Source: Dictyostelium discoideum
Taxonomy: Eukaryota
Assembly (NCBI GenBank): GCA_000004695.1
Contig: CM000151.3
Location: 3,744,001 to 3,808,000 of the forward strand
Length of the DNA stretch: 64,000 nucleotides
Direction: 5' to 3'
Part shown: piece after piece, positions 1 to 12,764 of the stretch
How positions within the stretch are numbered: the stretch's first letter is position 1
Layout: each line of letters opens with the position of its first letter
Position numbers and translations under genes: made by a program
Notes under the pieces: generated by a model
Database searches by the model: none
The model's input: only the letters and a program-made list of their open reading frames with translations
What the model was told of the DNA's origin: nothing

Positions 1-1
1 T

Positions 2-282
2 GTTTCAACAAAAAAAAAGAGTAAAAAAGAAGCAGAAGCAGATTGTTCACAACTTGTATTAGATTTTTTAGAAAAAAGACAAACTCAGCAACAACCTCAA
101 CAACAACAATTTCAAAATCAAACTCTACCAATTCCAAAACTTTATCAACTTTTAAATCAACAGCCTCAAATTCAAACTCAAACTCAACCTCAACGACCAA
201 TATCTCCAACAATTAGATTACCTATTTCACCAACATTATCACCAAGTAGTGAAACACAATTTGAAATGAATAACCCTTTTCT

Positions 283-333
<51 letters not shown>

Positions 334-485
334 CCTACAACAACAAAATCAACAACAACTAATACAACAAATATTACAACTACAACAACAGACAGAACAA
401 CAAAGAATACAAAAACTAAAACATGCATTCTCACAACCACAATCACCACTACAACTACACTCACTACTACCACAACCACAACCGC

Positions 486-580
<95 letters not shown>

Positions 581-627
581 CTACAACAACAACTACAACA
601 ACTACAACAACTACAACAACTACTACT

Positions 628-711
<84 letters not shown>

Positions 712-2233
712 GATAGAACAACAGATAGAACAACCACAACTACAACCACTACAACAACCACAACTACAACCACTACAACAACCACAACTACAACAACTGC
801 AACAACCACAACTACAACAACTACAACTACAACTACAACAACAACAACAACAATTAGATCAATTTTTGAAACAGCAACTTATTTTAGAACAAAAGCTAGA
901 TAAAATTTCAAAACAATTGGATAGGTTAGATAATACTACTTTTTCATCTATTTTTGAATCAATGAATTCGCTTCATGATAATCTTAAAATTTTAATTAAC
1001 AATAAAAAAAATAATAAAAATAATAATAACAACAACAATAGTGGTAGCATTGATATAAATAACAATAATAATAATAATAATAATAACAGTGATTCCAATA
1101 GTATTAATAGCAAAATAGATTTTGATAATAATAAAATAAATAGAAATGCTTTAGAAGGTGATAATAATAATAATAATAATATTATTATCGGAATGTCAGG
1201 TCTCTCATTAACAAAGTCTGTAAATCTATTGGATGAACTTGCAAATGCAAAAAAAAATAAAAATAAAAATAATATTATCACAGAGGATTATAGTCTTGAT
1301 GATAAAAAAAACAATAATGAAAGTACAAGTACAACTACAACTACAATAGCACTATCATCACCAAGTGATCAAGAATATAAAAATAATAAAGAAAAAAAAG
1401 TTGAAACAATAACAACAGCAACAACTACAGCGACAACAACAAAAACAGCAATTACATCAAGTATAGTAAAAGTTAAACCACCAAAGAAAATTAGAGAAAA
1501 AGGATTTAAAAGGATAAGAGACAAATTATTTAATTCAAATAATATAACAGAAATCACAGAATTATATGTTTATAAAATTATAATTTCAAATCCACCAAAT
1601 ATAATTAAATTTGAACATCAAGAAAAAGAATATGAATTCTCTAGTGAATTTTTATTATTCTCTATTAATAAATTACCAACTTTACCAGTGATTCATGTTT
1701 CAAATCTTGCAAATGATCATTTTGGTGTTGCAATTACAAATTTATTTGATGATCAACAACAACCAACTAAAATCCAATTAAAGAAAATTGAATTTGAAAA
1801 ATTAATAACAATTCATAATTCATTCTTTTCAAAATTATTATGTCAAAAATATTTAAAAGTTAAAGATATAACAAATGAAAATAATTTTAATAATAGTCAT
1901 TTAGTGATACCAAATATCAATGAAAACTATACAGATTTTAATAGATTATTTGATGATTTATTAAATTTATTCGATTTTGAATCAATTGAAGAACAAGATT
2001 TAACAATGGAAAGAATTAATCAACTTTGTAATGATAGAATCGTACTAAGTGATTATGGTGAATATTTCAATTGTCAATCAATTAGTGAAAATAGTGAAAA
2101 GAAATTACTTTTAGATTGTTTTCATTCAAGAGGTAAAAATGATAAAGAATATTGGATATCTAAATATATTGTATTCTTTGATAGTAATGGTAAATTTGAA
2201 AAACCAAATGATTGGAAATTAAAAAAACAAATC

Positions 2234-2267
<34 letters not shown>

Positions 2268-3469
2268 GTTTAGAAGAAACAATAATAATAAATAATGAAC
2301 CACCATTAGATTTAAAAGATTATCAAAGAAATTCAAAAATTTTAAGAAAGAATCCACTAGAAGTTGTAGTCGTTGGATTCCCATGTTTTGTTGGATTATT
2401 AGGTAAATTTGGTGTTTTACCATTAATTTGTGAATTGAAATGGAATTTAAAAGTATTGAAATTTATAAATGAATCAAACTATATTAAAGATATAGTTTGT
2501 AAATTTAAAAACAATACAAACAATCAAGTATTGAGAGAAGTTTTAACTCATCCATCAACAAAAGTAATTAGTGAACGTAAACCAATTGAAAAAGATCAAT
2601 TTCAATCCTATAGACCATTTATGAAGGATTATCAACGTTTAGAGTTTTTAGGTGACTCAGTTTTAAAAATCACTTCATCTCTATATTTATTTAAAAAATT
2701 CGATAATGAAGGTGAAGGTTTATTATCAAAGAAAAGAGAATTCTACACAAAGAATGAATATTTAACTGAATTATCAAGAAGAATCGGTTTCGATTATATC
2801 TTACGTATTACAACCATTGGTGATCATTCAAAACCTCATGCTGATTTAATTGAAGCTTTCATTGGTGCAATTTATATTGAATGTGGTTTTAAAGATTCAT
2901 TTGATTGGATTATTAAATGGATTTTTGATAATAGTTATTATGGTAGTGATAATAAAATTTATGGTGGTGGTGGTGGTGGTAGTGAAATCAATAATAATGA
3001 TGAATTACCAATTATTGAAGATAATTTAATTAATTATAAATATTATGATCAAATTAATCAATATTTAAATTCAACAGATTTTAATGATCAAACAAATGAA
3101 TTAGTTTCAAATGATCATTTCTATTCAAATCAAAATAATAATAATAATACAAATTTCTCTGAAAGATTAGAATTTTTAGGTGATGCAGTTTTAGATTTCA
3201 TTGTTGCAGATTATCTCTTTTCAAAATATAAAGAACAACAAGAAGGTTACTTGACAGAATCAAAATCTAAATTAGTGAATAATGAAAATTTATCAAAAAT
3301 TTTAAAATCAAATAAAAATATATTCTCTCCAAGTCAACAAGATTCATTTAAACATTTCTCTGTAAAAAGAATGGGTGATCATATTGAATCATATATTGGT
3401 GGTTTTTATCTAAAATTTGGTTTTGAAAAAACTAAAAATAGAGTTTATAAACTTTTTGATTTAAAATAA
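2..3469 (+). CDS. Dicer-like RNase III protein, 5' partial (two RNase III domains; dsRBD-like helix at window edge)
   Basis: Reading frame of track ORF 266..3469 stays open back to nt 2 with no stop, so the N-terminus lies outside the window. Two RNase III signature blocks are present: ERLEFLGDSVLKITSSLYLF and ERLEFLGDAVLDFIVADYLF. In-frame residues SKKEAEADCSQLVLDFLEK near the window start resemble the C-terminal helix of a dsRBD. Long (CAA)n poly-Q tracts. The architecture matches Dictyostelium Drn-type Dicers (drnA/drnB) but I cannot tell which. Confidence 0.75.
483..716. repeat. (CAA)n near-perfect trinucleotide repeat, about 75 units, coding poly-Q
   Basis: Direct reading; lies inside the Dicer-like CDS and produces spurious poly-V/poly-N ORFs in other frames. 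Confidence 0.95.
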
Positions 3470-3734
3470 ATAAAAATAAATAAATAAATAAATAAATAAT
3501 AAATAAATAAATAAAAAAAAAAAAAAAAAATAAAAAAAAAAAATTAAGATATTTTATTCATATCCGATATTTTTGAAAAAAAAAAAAAAAAGTTTTGAAA
3601 AAAACGATTATTTCGTTTTTTTCAATTTTTTTCTCATTTTTCCCATTTTTTTTTTTTTTTTTTTTTTTTTTTATGGGTTGTGAAATTAATAACACTCTTT
3701 TAATCAATCTAAAAATATATATAAATAAATAACC

Positions 3735-4763
3735 ATGGTTGTTGTTACTGAAGAAATTGTAAATGGATTAAAAGAAACATTAACAGATGTTTCACAACCA
3801 ATTGCTAAAAGATTTAGATCATTATTTACATTAAGAAATTTAAATGGACCATTATGTATTGATGCTATGGCTAGTGGTAAGGTTTTATTAAATATAAATA
3901 AATGAATAAATAATATTAATATTAATATTAATTTAATTAATTAATTATAATTTTTAGCATTAAATGATAAATCAGCATTATTAAGACATGAAATTGCATA
4001 TTGTTTAGGACAAATGGAAGATGAATATGCATTAAAAGTTTTAATTGATTTAGTAAAGAATAGTGATGAACATCCAATGGTACGTCATGAAGCAGCAGAG
4101 GCATTAGGAGCAATTGGTAGTGAAAGTGCTCATAAAACATTGAAAGAGTATTCAAATGATCCAGTTAGAGAGGTTAGTGAAACTTGTCAATTGGCATTAT
4201 CAAGAGTTGAATGGTATGAAAAGAATAAACCAGAAACAGAAGAGGATAAAATGTATATGTCAGTAGACCCAGCTCCACCACTTAAAAAAGGATCTGTTAG
4301 CAGAGACGAATTAAGATCAAAATTTTTAGATTCAAATTTAGATATTTTCAATCGTTATAGAGCATTATTTTCATTACGTGATATTGGTGATGAACAATCT
4401 GTTCTCGCCTTATGCGATGGTTTAAAAGATCAATCTTCAGCTTTACTCAGACATGAGGTTGCCTTTGTTTTAGGTCAATTACAACATCGTGTAGCTATTG
4501 ATCCATTAACAACTTGTGTTTTAGATGAATCTGAAAATGCAATGGTACGTCATGAAGCTGCTGAAGCTTTGGGCGCAATCGCTTCAACTGAAACTATCCC
4601 ATTATTAGAGAAATTATTACAAGATAAAGAACCAATCGTTAGTGAATCTTGTGCTGTAGCTTTAGATGTAACTGAATATTTTAATAATACTGAATCTTTT
4701 CAATATGCTGATGGTATTAAAATTTTATTAGAAAAGAATTTGGTTGACCAACAACAAAAATAA
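3735..4763 (+). CDS. dohh: deoxyhypusine hydroxylase (DOHH), 2 exons
   Basis: Exon 1 3735..3876 (ATG; donor GTAAGG; phase 1) and exon 2 3958..4763 (acceptor TTTTTAG). The spliced protein is MVVVTEEIVNGLKE...MASG|ALNDKSALLRHEIAYCLGQ... and carries the HEAT-like His-Glu repeats HPMVRHEAAEALG (twice), LLRHEIAYCLGQ and LLRHEVAFVLGQ, which are diagnostic of DOHH. Confidence 0.85.
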
Positions 4764-4893
4764 ATTTTTTAAAATAAAATATAAAATATAAAATATAAAA
4801 TATAAAATATATAAAAAAAAAAAAAAATTTAAAATATAATATATATAAATTTATTTATTTATTTATTTAAAAAATAATAATAATTTAAAATTA

Positions 4894-4925
<32 letters not shown>

Positions 4926-4940
4926 GGTGATGAAAACAGT

Positions 4941-5724
4941 TTAAAATTTAGTTTCTGGTCTTTCTTTAATATATTTTGCTACACCTTCATTTGATTCAAA
5001 AAATTTCTTTAATTCAGCGATTTTTGGATACTTTTCATCTGATAATTCACTGGATAAGGCTGCTTCCCCTCTGAATCTAATGTAATCAAAACCAACATAA
5101 ACATATAAATCAGCTAATGTAACTGATGATCCAACTAAGAATCCAGTTTCTTGTAATTTCTTTTCAAATGAACCAAAGTATTTTTCATAAAGTTTTTGGA
5201 GTTTTTCTGGCTAAAAAATTTTGAATAGTTTTATTTGTTAGTATTAATATTTATTTTTTTTAATAAAAAAAAAAAAAAAAAAAAAACTTACAACTGGATT
5301 ATTAAAAGCTGGGAAAATATCAGCGTGAATTGCAGTAACAATTTGATCAACTAAAAATTCTTCTTCAAGATTTTTACCCATAAAGTTGTGTTTTTTGGCA
5401 ATGTATCTTGCAATGGTAGATGATTGTGTAAGAACAAAATCACCATCACGATAAATTGGTAATTGACCATATGGAAGAGTTGCACGAAGGGCATCTGAAA
5501 TTTCAGTAACTGTAATATTTTCATATGGAATTCCAAGATAACTTAATAAAACACGAGAGAATTGACCTAATCCACGACTATAATTTTTTAAAATAATAAT
5601 AATTAATAATTTATTTTATTTTTATTTTTATTTTTATTTTTATTTTTATTTTTACTCTATTTTTATATAATTTTAAAATTTACCCTTGGAAATAAGTTAA
5701 ACTTGGGACTGATGATGTTGACAT
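4941..5724 (-). CDS. glutathione S-transferase (sigma-like), 3 exons
   Basis: Minus-strand exons 5684..5724 (ATG...CAAGG; donor GTAAAT), 5292..5577 and 4941..5210 (donor GTAAGT; stop at 4941). Phases are consistent and the protein is 198 aa. N-terminus MSTSSVPSLTYFQGRGLGQFSRVLLSYLGIPYENITV and ...IARYIAKKHNFMGKNLEEEF... match the GST N-domain; the C-domain reads LADLYVYVGFDYIRF. Confidence 0.75.
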
Positions 5725-6108
5725 TTCAAATATTTAGTTTAGTTTTTTGTTTGTTTGTTTTGTTTAATTAATAATTTTTTGTTTTAATGAAAATAAAAAA
5801 AAAAAAATTTTCTATTTATAATTTTTTAAAAATAAACACCAGTTTTAATAAATAAAATTTGTGCAACCTTACAAAAAGCTTCTGACACATAATATAATCG
5901 ATACAATCACCACATTAAATTTTAAAAAATAGATATTTTTGAAATTTCTATTTTTGAAAATTTAGTGGTGACAATTTAACTATTCACAAAAAAAAAGAAC
6001 ACCCTTCGAATAAAAATTAATAAAAGATATTTTTTTAAAAATTTTCTCGAACAATATATATATATTATGGGATAACATTCTTACATTTTGATTTTTTAAT
6101 TTTGTTTT

Positions 6109-6140
<32 letters not shown>

Positions 6141-6263
6141 CACCCTTTAATAAAAAAAAAAAATTAATATCTTTTTTTTTTCAAGAGAAAATTACTGGTA
6201 ATAATTAAAATGGATATATGATATTATTTATCTTATTATATTATTGTTTTTAATTTTAAACAA

Positions 6264-6306
<43 letters not shown>

Positions 6307-6392
6307 CATTTTTTTTTTTTTTTTTTTTTTCATTTTAATTTTAATTTTATTGAATTCAATCAAAAAAAAAAAAAAATCAAAGAAAAAGTCAA

Positions 6393-7194
6393 ATGGAGGA
6401 TATTGAAATAAATTTATCTAAAGACAAAAAAAAAGAGTTTACTCAACTTTTAGAAAGTACAACACCAACTGATAAACTTGCTTTATTTTTTAATTTACAA
6501 GAACAAAGAGTACTTATTTCAAATCAATTTACAAGGTATTTTTTTTTTTTTTTTTTTTCAAAATTTTAATATGCACTAATTTTTTTTTTTTAAAAAACAA
6601 TTTCATTTTACAATTAGTAATTTTAAAAAATTTTTAAAAGATCAAAATATTGAAGAATACAATAAAGGTTGTCAATCAATTACAACTCAATTATCAAGTA
6701 TAGGTGAAGAGATTATTCAAATACAAGAATCATTATCAACAACAAATCCTGAATGGTCAAAGATTATATCTGAAGTTAGAGAGAATGAAAAAACAAAGTT
6801 TATATTAGTAGGTATAAAAATAATAGTTAAAGTTTATTTTTGTTTTTTTTAATTTTATTTTTATTATTTCTAAACATTTTTTTTATGATTTGTTATTTTT
6901 ATTTAGACAGCACAAAATCAAGTTTTAAAAGTAGAGATTGATAATAGCCAACAATTAACATCAAATAAACCAAATGAAAAACCAGCAGCAGGTAGTTGTT
7001 TCTATGAACATATTGAAAAATGTGAAAGTCAAATTAATGAAAATAGATTAAAGATTAATGATTGTATAGATACTATCAATGAAAAGTTAGAAATTTTAAA
7101 ATATGATTTAAATGAAGCATTCGCTGGTTTAAATACTGATACAAGTAAAGAAAATCAATCTAATCATTCTCATCATCACCATGATCATAAATAA
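6393..7194 (+). CDS. hypothetical small coiled-coil protein with His-rich C-terminus, 3 exons
   Basis: Exons 6393..6535 (donor GTATTT, phase 2), 6618..6807 (donor GTAGGT) and 6907..7194. The frame is continuous across both junctions and the product ends ...SKENQSNHSHHHHDHK*. The exons are too short to appear in the ORF track. No family recognised. Confidence 0.45.
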
Positions 7195-7888
7195 AATTTT
7201 TGTTCAAAAAAAAAAAAAAATAAATAAAAATAAAAAAAATAAAAATAAATATAAAACCAATAGTAATGTAAATAAATAAATAAATAAATATATTAAAATA
7301 ATTTATTTCTCATCCCCCTTTTTTTATTTTATTTTTCATTTTTATTATTTGTTTTTTGTTATAATGTATTAAATTCTTTTTTTTATCATTCAAGGTAAAA
7401 CAAGAAATTATTTATAATAGTTATTTTCTTTTCTATTTTTTTTTTTTTTTTTTTTTTTTTTTATCAACAATAATTACTTGTCATCTATTTAATTGGTCTA
7501 AATATAAAAAAACTAATTATATTTTTTATAATTTGTTCTGGAATTTGTACAACATCAATACCGACATTATCAAATTTTTTTTTTTTATTATTTTTTTTTT
7601 TATCGCAATGCATGATTTCAAATTAAAAAATGATTTCAGACTAAAAATAATAAAAAGTCAATATTTAAAAAAATCTTTTTTGTAATTTGGACGTGGGTTT
7701 AACGAAATTTTAAATTAGGTTGGTTGTATTAAAATTAAAAAAATAAAAAAAATAAAAAAAAATGAAAATATGAAATTTTTTTTTTTTTAATCAAAAAATA
7801 TAAGTAGAAGATATTTCATTGATCAAAAAAAAAAAAAATAGCTAAAAAATAAAAATTAATTGTATTAATACAAATATATATAAATAAA

Positions 7889-8050
7889 ATGACAAAAACA
7901 ACAATGAAAGCAGCAGCATTTACACAGAAGAATGGTAAAATAGAGATTATTGAGTTACCAATCCCAGAACCAACTCAAGGTTGGATTAGAATTAAAGTTC
8001 ACGCCTGTGGTGTTTGTCAAGGTGAAAATGTTTGTAAACATGGTAAATTA

Positions 8051-8117
<67 letters not shown>

Positions 8118-9008
8118 TATTAATAATTAAATTTAATAGGTGTAATGGGTAATTCATTTCCAAGAGTTCCAGGACATGAGGTTGTAGGTGAAATTGATAA
8201 ATTAGGAGAAGGTGTTTGTAATGAAGAATATAAAATTGGTGAATTTGTAGGTGTTGGTTGGTTTGGTGGTAATCAATGTGGTAAATGTGAAACATGTTTA
8301 GAGAATGAATGGAAACATTGTAAGAAAGTAAACACTTGTGGTGTTACTTATGATGGTGGTTATGCAGAGTATATGATTGCACCAATTAGTGCACTTGTTA
8401 AAATACCAAAAGGAATGGACCCACTTGAAGCTGCACCATTGTTATGTGCAGGTGTAACAGTTTATAATTCATTTAGACATCAAGACATTAAAGTAGGTTC
8501 ATTGGTTGGTGTTACAGGTATTGGTGGTTTAGGTCATTATGCAATTCAATTCTGTAAGAAAATGGGTTACCAAGTGATTGCAATGTCAAGTGGTAATTCA
8601 AAAGAACAACTCTCAAAAGAATTGGGTGCAGATTATTATGTTGATATGTCAAAGGATAATTACATTCAAGAGATTCAATCAATTGGTTCAGTTAAATGTA
8701 TTTTAGCAACTGCACCAATTGCATCAACTGTTCAAGGTTTATTAGAGTCTTTAGGTATAAATGGTAAATTGGTGATTTTGGCTGCTTTCCATGAACCATT
8801 CCATGCAGATTCATTGACAATGATTGGTGGTTCTAAATCAATCGTTGGTTGGGCTTCTGGTGATAATCGTGATTCTCTTGATACTTTAAATTTTGCTCGT
8901 AATAATAATATTAAATCATTAGTAAATACTTTCCCATTGGAAAAAGCAAATGAAGCTTTTGAAAATATTGGTCAAGCAAAATTTAGACATGTTATTAAAT
9001 TATTATAA
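7889..9008 (+). CDS. zinc-type alcohol dehydrogenase / quinone oxidoreductase family protein, 2 exons
   Basis: Exon 1 7889..8042 (donor GTAAAT, phase 1) and exon 2 8140..9008 (acceptor AATAG). Catalytic-zinc region CGVCQGENVCKHG|GVMGNSFPRVPGHEVVGEI and nucleotide-binding glycine motif GVTGIGGLGHYAIQF. The intron carries a 60-nt poly-A. Confidence 0.85.
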
Positions 9009-9104
9009 AAAATAGTAATAATAATAAATAATTGATTGTAAAAAAAAAAAAAAAAAAAAGAATCTTTATTATAAATATATTTTTATTTTTTAATTTAATT
9101 GATT

Positions 9105-9368
9105 TTAATCAGCATATTGATTTCCTAAATATTTTAAATGTGTAATTGTTTTATTTTTTTTTATAATTTCATCAAATAATTCAAAAGATGGTATATTTGT
9201 TTCAAATGTTTTCAATTTTTTAAACAGAGATAAGAATGAAATAAAAATTTCAATTTCTGAGTCTGTTAAATCCTTTATTGTTTTTGTTAAATCTTGATAT
9301 ATACATTTATCATAAAAAACTAATTTCTTAATATTATAATTTCTTTTAAAAATTTCTTCAAATTCATA

Positions 9369-9425
<57 letters not shown>

Positions 9426-9837
9426 TTCATGACTAATATTATAATATTTTTGACAGAATTTGCAATTGCCAAATATTTTATCCCCACGTTCATCTTTAAT
9501 TGATCTTAGATTGGGTGAAATTAGGTTATTAATTAAACAAATAAAACAAGTTTTAAAGTAAAGACAATCTATATTTTCTCCAAATAATAAAATTTGTTTT
9601 AGTTGAATTGGATAGATTGGACCTACATCTAATGATTTTAAATTTGGTAAATAATTAGATTTACCATCTAAAAATAATTGAAAAAGTGGATAAAAAAAAG
9701 CTTTTGATACTACTATTAATTTTTTAATTGAGTTTGACCAATGTTTAGTGATTTCAAAGAAAAAATCTCCACCAGCATAATTATCAATTATTAAGGTTTC
9801 TATGTTTTTCACTCTTTTTTTCAATTTTTCAACATTG

Positions 9838-9872
<35 letters not shown>

Positions 9873-10460
9873 TTCTCCTTGTTGTTGTATAGAATCTCTA
9901 ACCAATGAAAATTCACAAATATCAATTAAATTTGTTTGTTCACATTGATATAACGAATCAATTATTTCAAATTCATTTTGGTAATTTACATTTCTTAATA
10001 TAAAGTTTTTAAAATTACCTTTACCTTGTTGATGTAATTTTGATAATTTCATTATTTTGTTATTTACTTCTTCTAATTCTATTTTTATATATTTGCAACC
10101 ATTTGATTTTAATTTGTAAAATGATTTCTCTTTGTGATCATAATGCAGTTTTAATGTTTCAATATTTTCTTTTTTTATTATTGAATAATGTTGTTGTTGA
10201 TCTTGGTCTTGATCATTATAGTTGAAATCGACTGATACTGTTAAAAAATTTGATAAGGTTTTAAACCATTCTCTTGAAACTAATGACATATTTAAAATTA
10301 AAGTTTTTATTCTTTTTTCATTTTTTCTATATCCACTAGTAACACTACTACTACTGCCACTACTACAAATATCTATTAATCGATTTTGACAATCGATATT
10401 ATGGCTAATCAACCTAATTATAAACTTTTGGATGTATAATGGTAAAGTTATTATTGTCAT
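9105..10460 (-). CDS. hypothetical protein with poly-N tracts
   Basis: Single 451-aa ORF with Dictyostelium-type codon usage. (AAT)n-encoded poly-N runs at 9361..9420 and 9841..9880. No domain recognised. Confidence 0.55.
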
Positions 10461-11008
10461 AAAAAAAAAAAAAAATTATCTTTTTCGATATCTTTTTTAA
10501 ATGATTAAAAAAAAAAAAATTTGAAATTTAATCACAAATCGGTTTTTTTTTTTTAAAAAAAAAAACAGGAAGAACTGAAATTTCTTAAAATTTGATTTGT
10601 TTTTTTTTTTTTTTATTATTATTTTTATTTTTTAATCACTTTATCTTAATACAATTTTTTTTTTTTTTTTTTTACATAGAGTTTACACTTTTTTTCACTA
10701 TTTTTTTTTTTTTAATCATTTTATCTTAGTTTTGTTTTTTTTTATATTATTTTTTATTTTTTTTTTTTTTGTTTAGCACATTGAGCCAGAAATAAGAAAT
10801 TTACTCTAATGATAGTCATTAAATTTTAAAAAACAAATAAAAAAATAATTCATTGATTTAAAATAAAAATTAAATGATAGTATTTGTTAATGTAATAAAT
10901 CAAATAAAAACATTTACAAAAAAAAAATGAAAAATAAAAAAAAAAATAAAAGTGATTGTTTAAATTTAAAAAAACATTAAAAATGACTTGTTTTCAATTT
11001 GATTTATT

Positions 11009-11645
11009 TTAACATGTTTCTTCAACAGTTCCAAAAGGATCTTTAACATCACCTGATGAAACACATGAGAGACTAGAATAATCTGTTTCACAACATGGAT
11101 TACAAAGAGCTAAACAAAAAAAAAAAAAAAAAAAAAAAAATTAGGTTTTAATAATTTGTTCAAAAAAAAAAAAAAAAAAAAAAAAAATTTACTTTTATAT
11201 GGTTGATTATCAATACAAAAAAAAATTATAACTTCTTCATCATAATTTAATTTTGTTTCATTAGTTGCATACCAATAAAACCATGGATTTGATTGACAGT
11301 TTATATCGCCTGGAAATGTAGTTTGTCTGTGACCATATTGTGGAATATAATTTGGGTTTGTAGAGATTGAAATTTTGACAAAGTTATTTGCTTCTGCACC
11401 ACTATTCCAAACATAATTAGGTGCTTGATAACATTCATTAATTTCAAAAGTTTTATCAGTTTCATTAACAATTTTTGAACATTTATTATCATGATATTGA
11501 TTAATAGTTGCATTTGAATGATCATGGTTAAATTCAACCATAAAAAATTGTCTATCAAATGCAAAACATTCATTAACAATTAGCGAATAACCATTACCTG
11601 ATGTTTCATCTCCTGAACAATCATGTTTTTCATATGGTGTCATAT
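11009..11645 (-). CDS. cysteine-rich, N-glycosylated putative secreted/GPI-type protein (core exons)
   Basis: Main exon 11193..11645 (MTPYEKHDCSGDETSGNGYSL...DNQPYK; donor GTAAAT) is spliced in phase to the terminal exon 11009..11109 (..TLCNPCCETDYSSLSCVSSGDVKDPFGTVEETC*). Many Cys residues and NxT sites. A signal-peptide-like exon lies upstream at about 11732..11812 but sits in a different frame from the only available ATG (see findings). Confidence 0.55.
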
Positions 11646-12189
11646 CTTTAAAATATAAATTAAAAAAAAGTTTTTTGTTATTATTATTATAATTGGAATC
11701 ATAATTTAAATTATAATAAAATCATATAAAATATATTTACCTAAATAAGTCACTGATTTTGCAATATCATTTTTTAAAAATAAAATAAATAATGAAAAAT
11801 TTATTCATTTCTTGAATTTTGTTATATTTTATATTATTTTTATTTTTTTTTTTTTTTTTAATTTTTTTTTTTTTTAGTTTGTAAATCTAAAAAATTATTG
11901 CAATCAAATTAATTTTTTTATAAATTCAGTTGACGAAGTTTTATTTTATTTTAAAAATCTAAAAAATATCCAAAAAAAACTTTGAAAAAAAAAAAAAAAT
12001 AGTTTTTTTTCGGGATTATAAATAAAATTGATCAAATATTCAGGTGTATGACAACATTTTTTTTTGTAAAGAGTTTTGAAATAAGAATAACTCATTTTTT
12101 TGAGTAATTTTACTGTTACTTATATTAAAATTCTCTTAATAAGTCTAAATGTTTCTTTAAAGTAATTAAAAGTTTTAGAGAAGAAAAAA

Positions 12190-12240
12190 GATAGTAATAA
12201 TAAAAACTACTCGAGTAGTTATTATTATTACTATCTTTTA
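12190..12240. repeat. near-perfect 50-bp palindrome centred on CTCGAG
   Basis: The sequence aagatagtaataataaaaactactcgagtagttattattattactatctt reads almost identically on both strands. Confidence 0.8.
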
Positions 12241-12557
12241 TTCTTTATTTGTAATTTAAATTAAAAACAGATCTAGAACTTCAAATTGCATTTTTTTTTT
12301 TTTTTTAACATCCAAACTTAAAAATAATGTTGTGGTAAAATTATTTAATAAATTTGTTAGATAAAAATAAAAAAAAAAAAAAAAAAAAATGCAAATTTAT
12401 GATCTGATTTGTTAAATAAACATTATTTTTATTTTTTTAATCATAAATCTTTTTTTTTTTTTAATATTTTTTTTTTAAAAATTTTTTTTTTTTTTTTTGA
12501 CCAAATAAATAGTTATCTTTTTTTTTTTTTTTTTTTTTTTTTTTCTCAATATTCAAG

Positions 12558-12764
12558 ATGATAGGCGTGGTGGTTTCCATTGGGAAGCTTCTACAAAAGG
12601 GAAAAAAAATCGGAATTGCTCCAGGTGCTGTGGCAGCTTATGAAGCAATAAATTTTATTCACAAAAGATTCAATAAAAACTTAGAATATACAATTGAAAA
12701 CTGTAAGAAAACTAAAGAAGTCTATGAAAAGGGGAAAGAATTAATTGTTGAAATCATCAGATAG
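12558..12764 (+). CDS. small hypothetical ORF (68 aa), uncertain
   Basis: ATG-initiated ORF MIGVVVSIGKLLQKGKKIGIAPGAVAAYEAINFIHKRF... It ends with TAG immediately before a GTATGT, followed by about 380 bp of unusually complex sequence. No homology recognised. Confidence 0.2.
   Translation: MIGVVVSIGKLLQKGKKIGIAPGAVAAYEAINFIHKRFNKNLEYTIENCKKTKEVYEKGKELIVEIIR

Noticed and set aside
222-809. Minus-strand poly-V ORF (195 aa) and plus-strand poly-N ORF 423..716
   Set aside because: These are alternative-frame or antisense readings of the (CAA)n poly-Q tracts inside the Dicer-like CDS; they are not genes.
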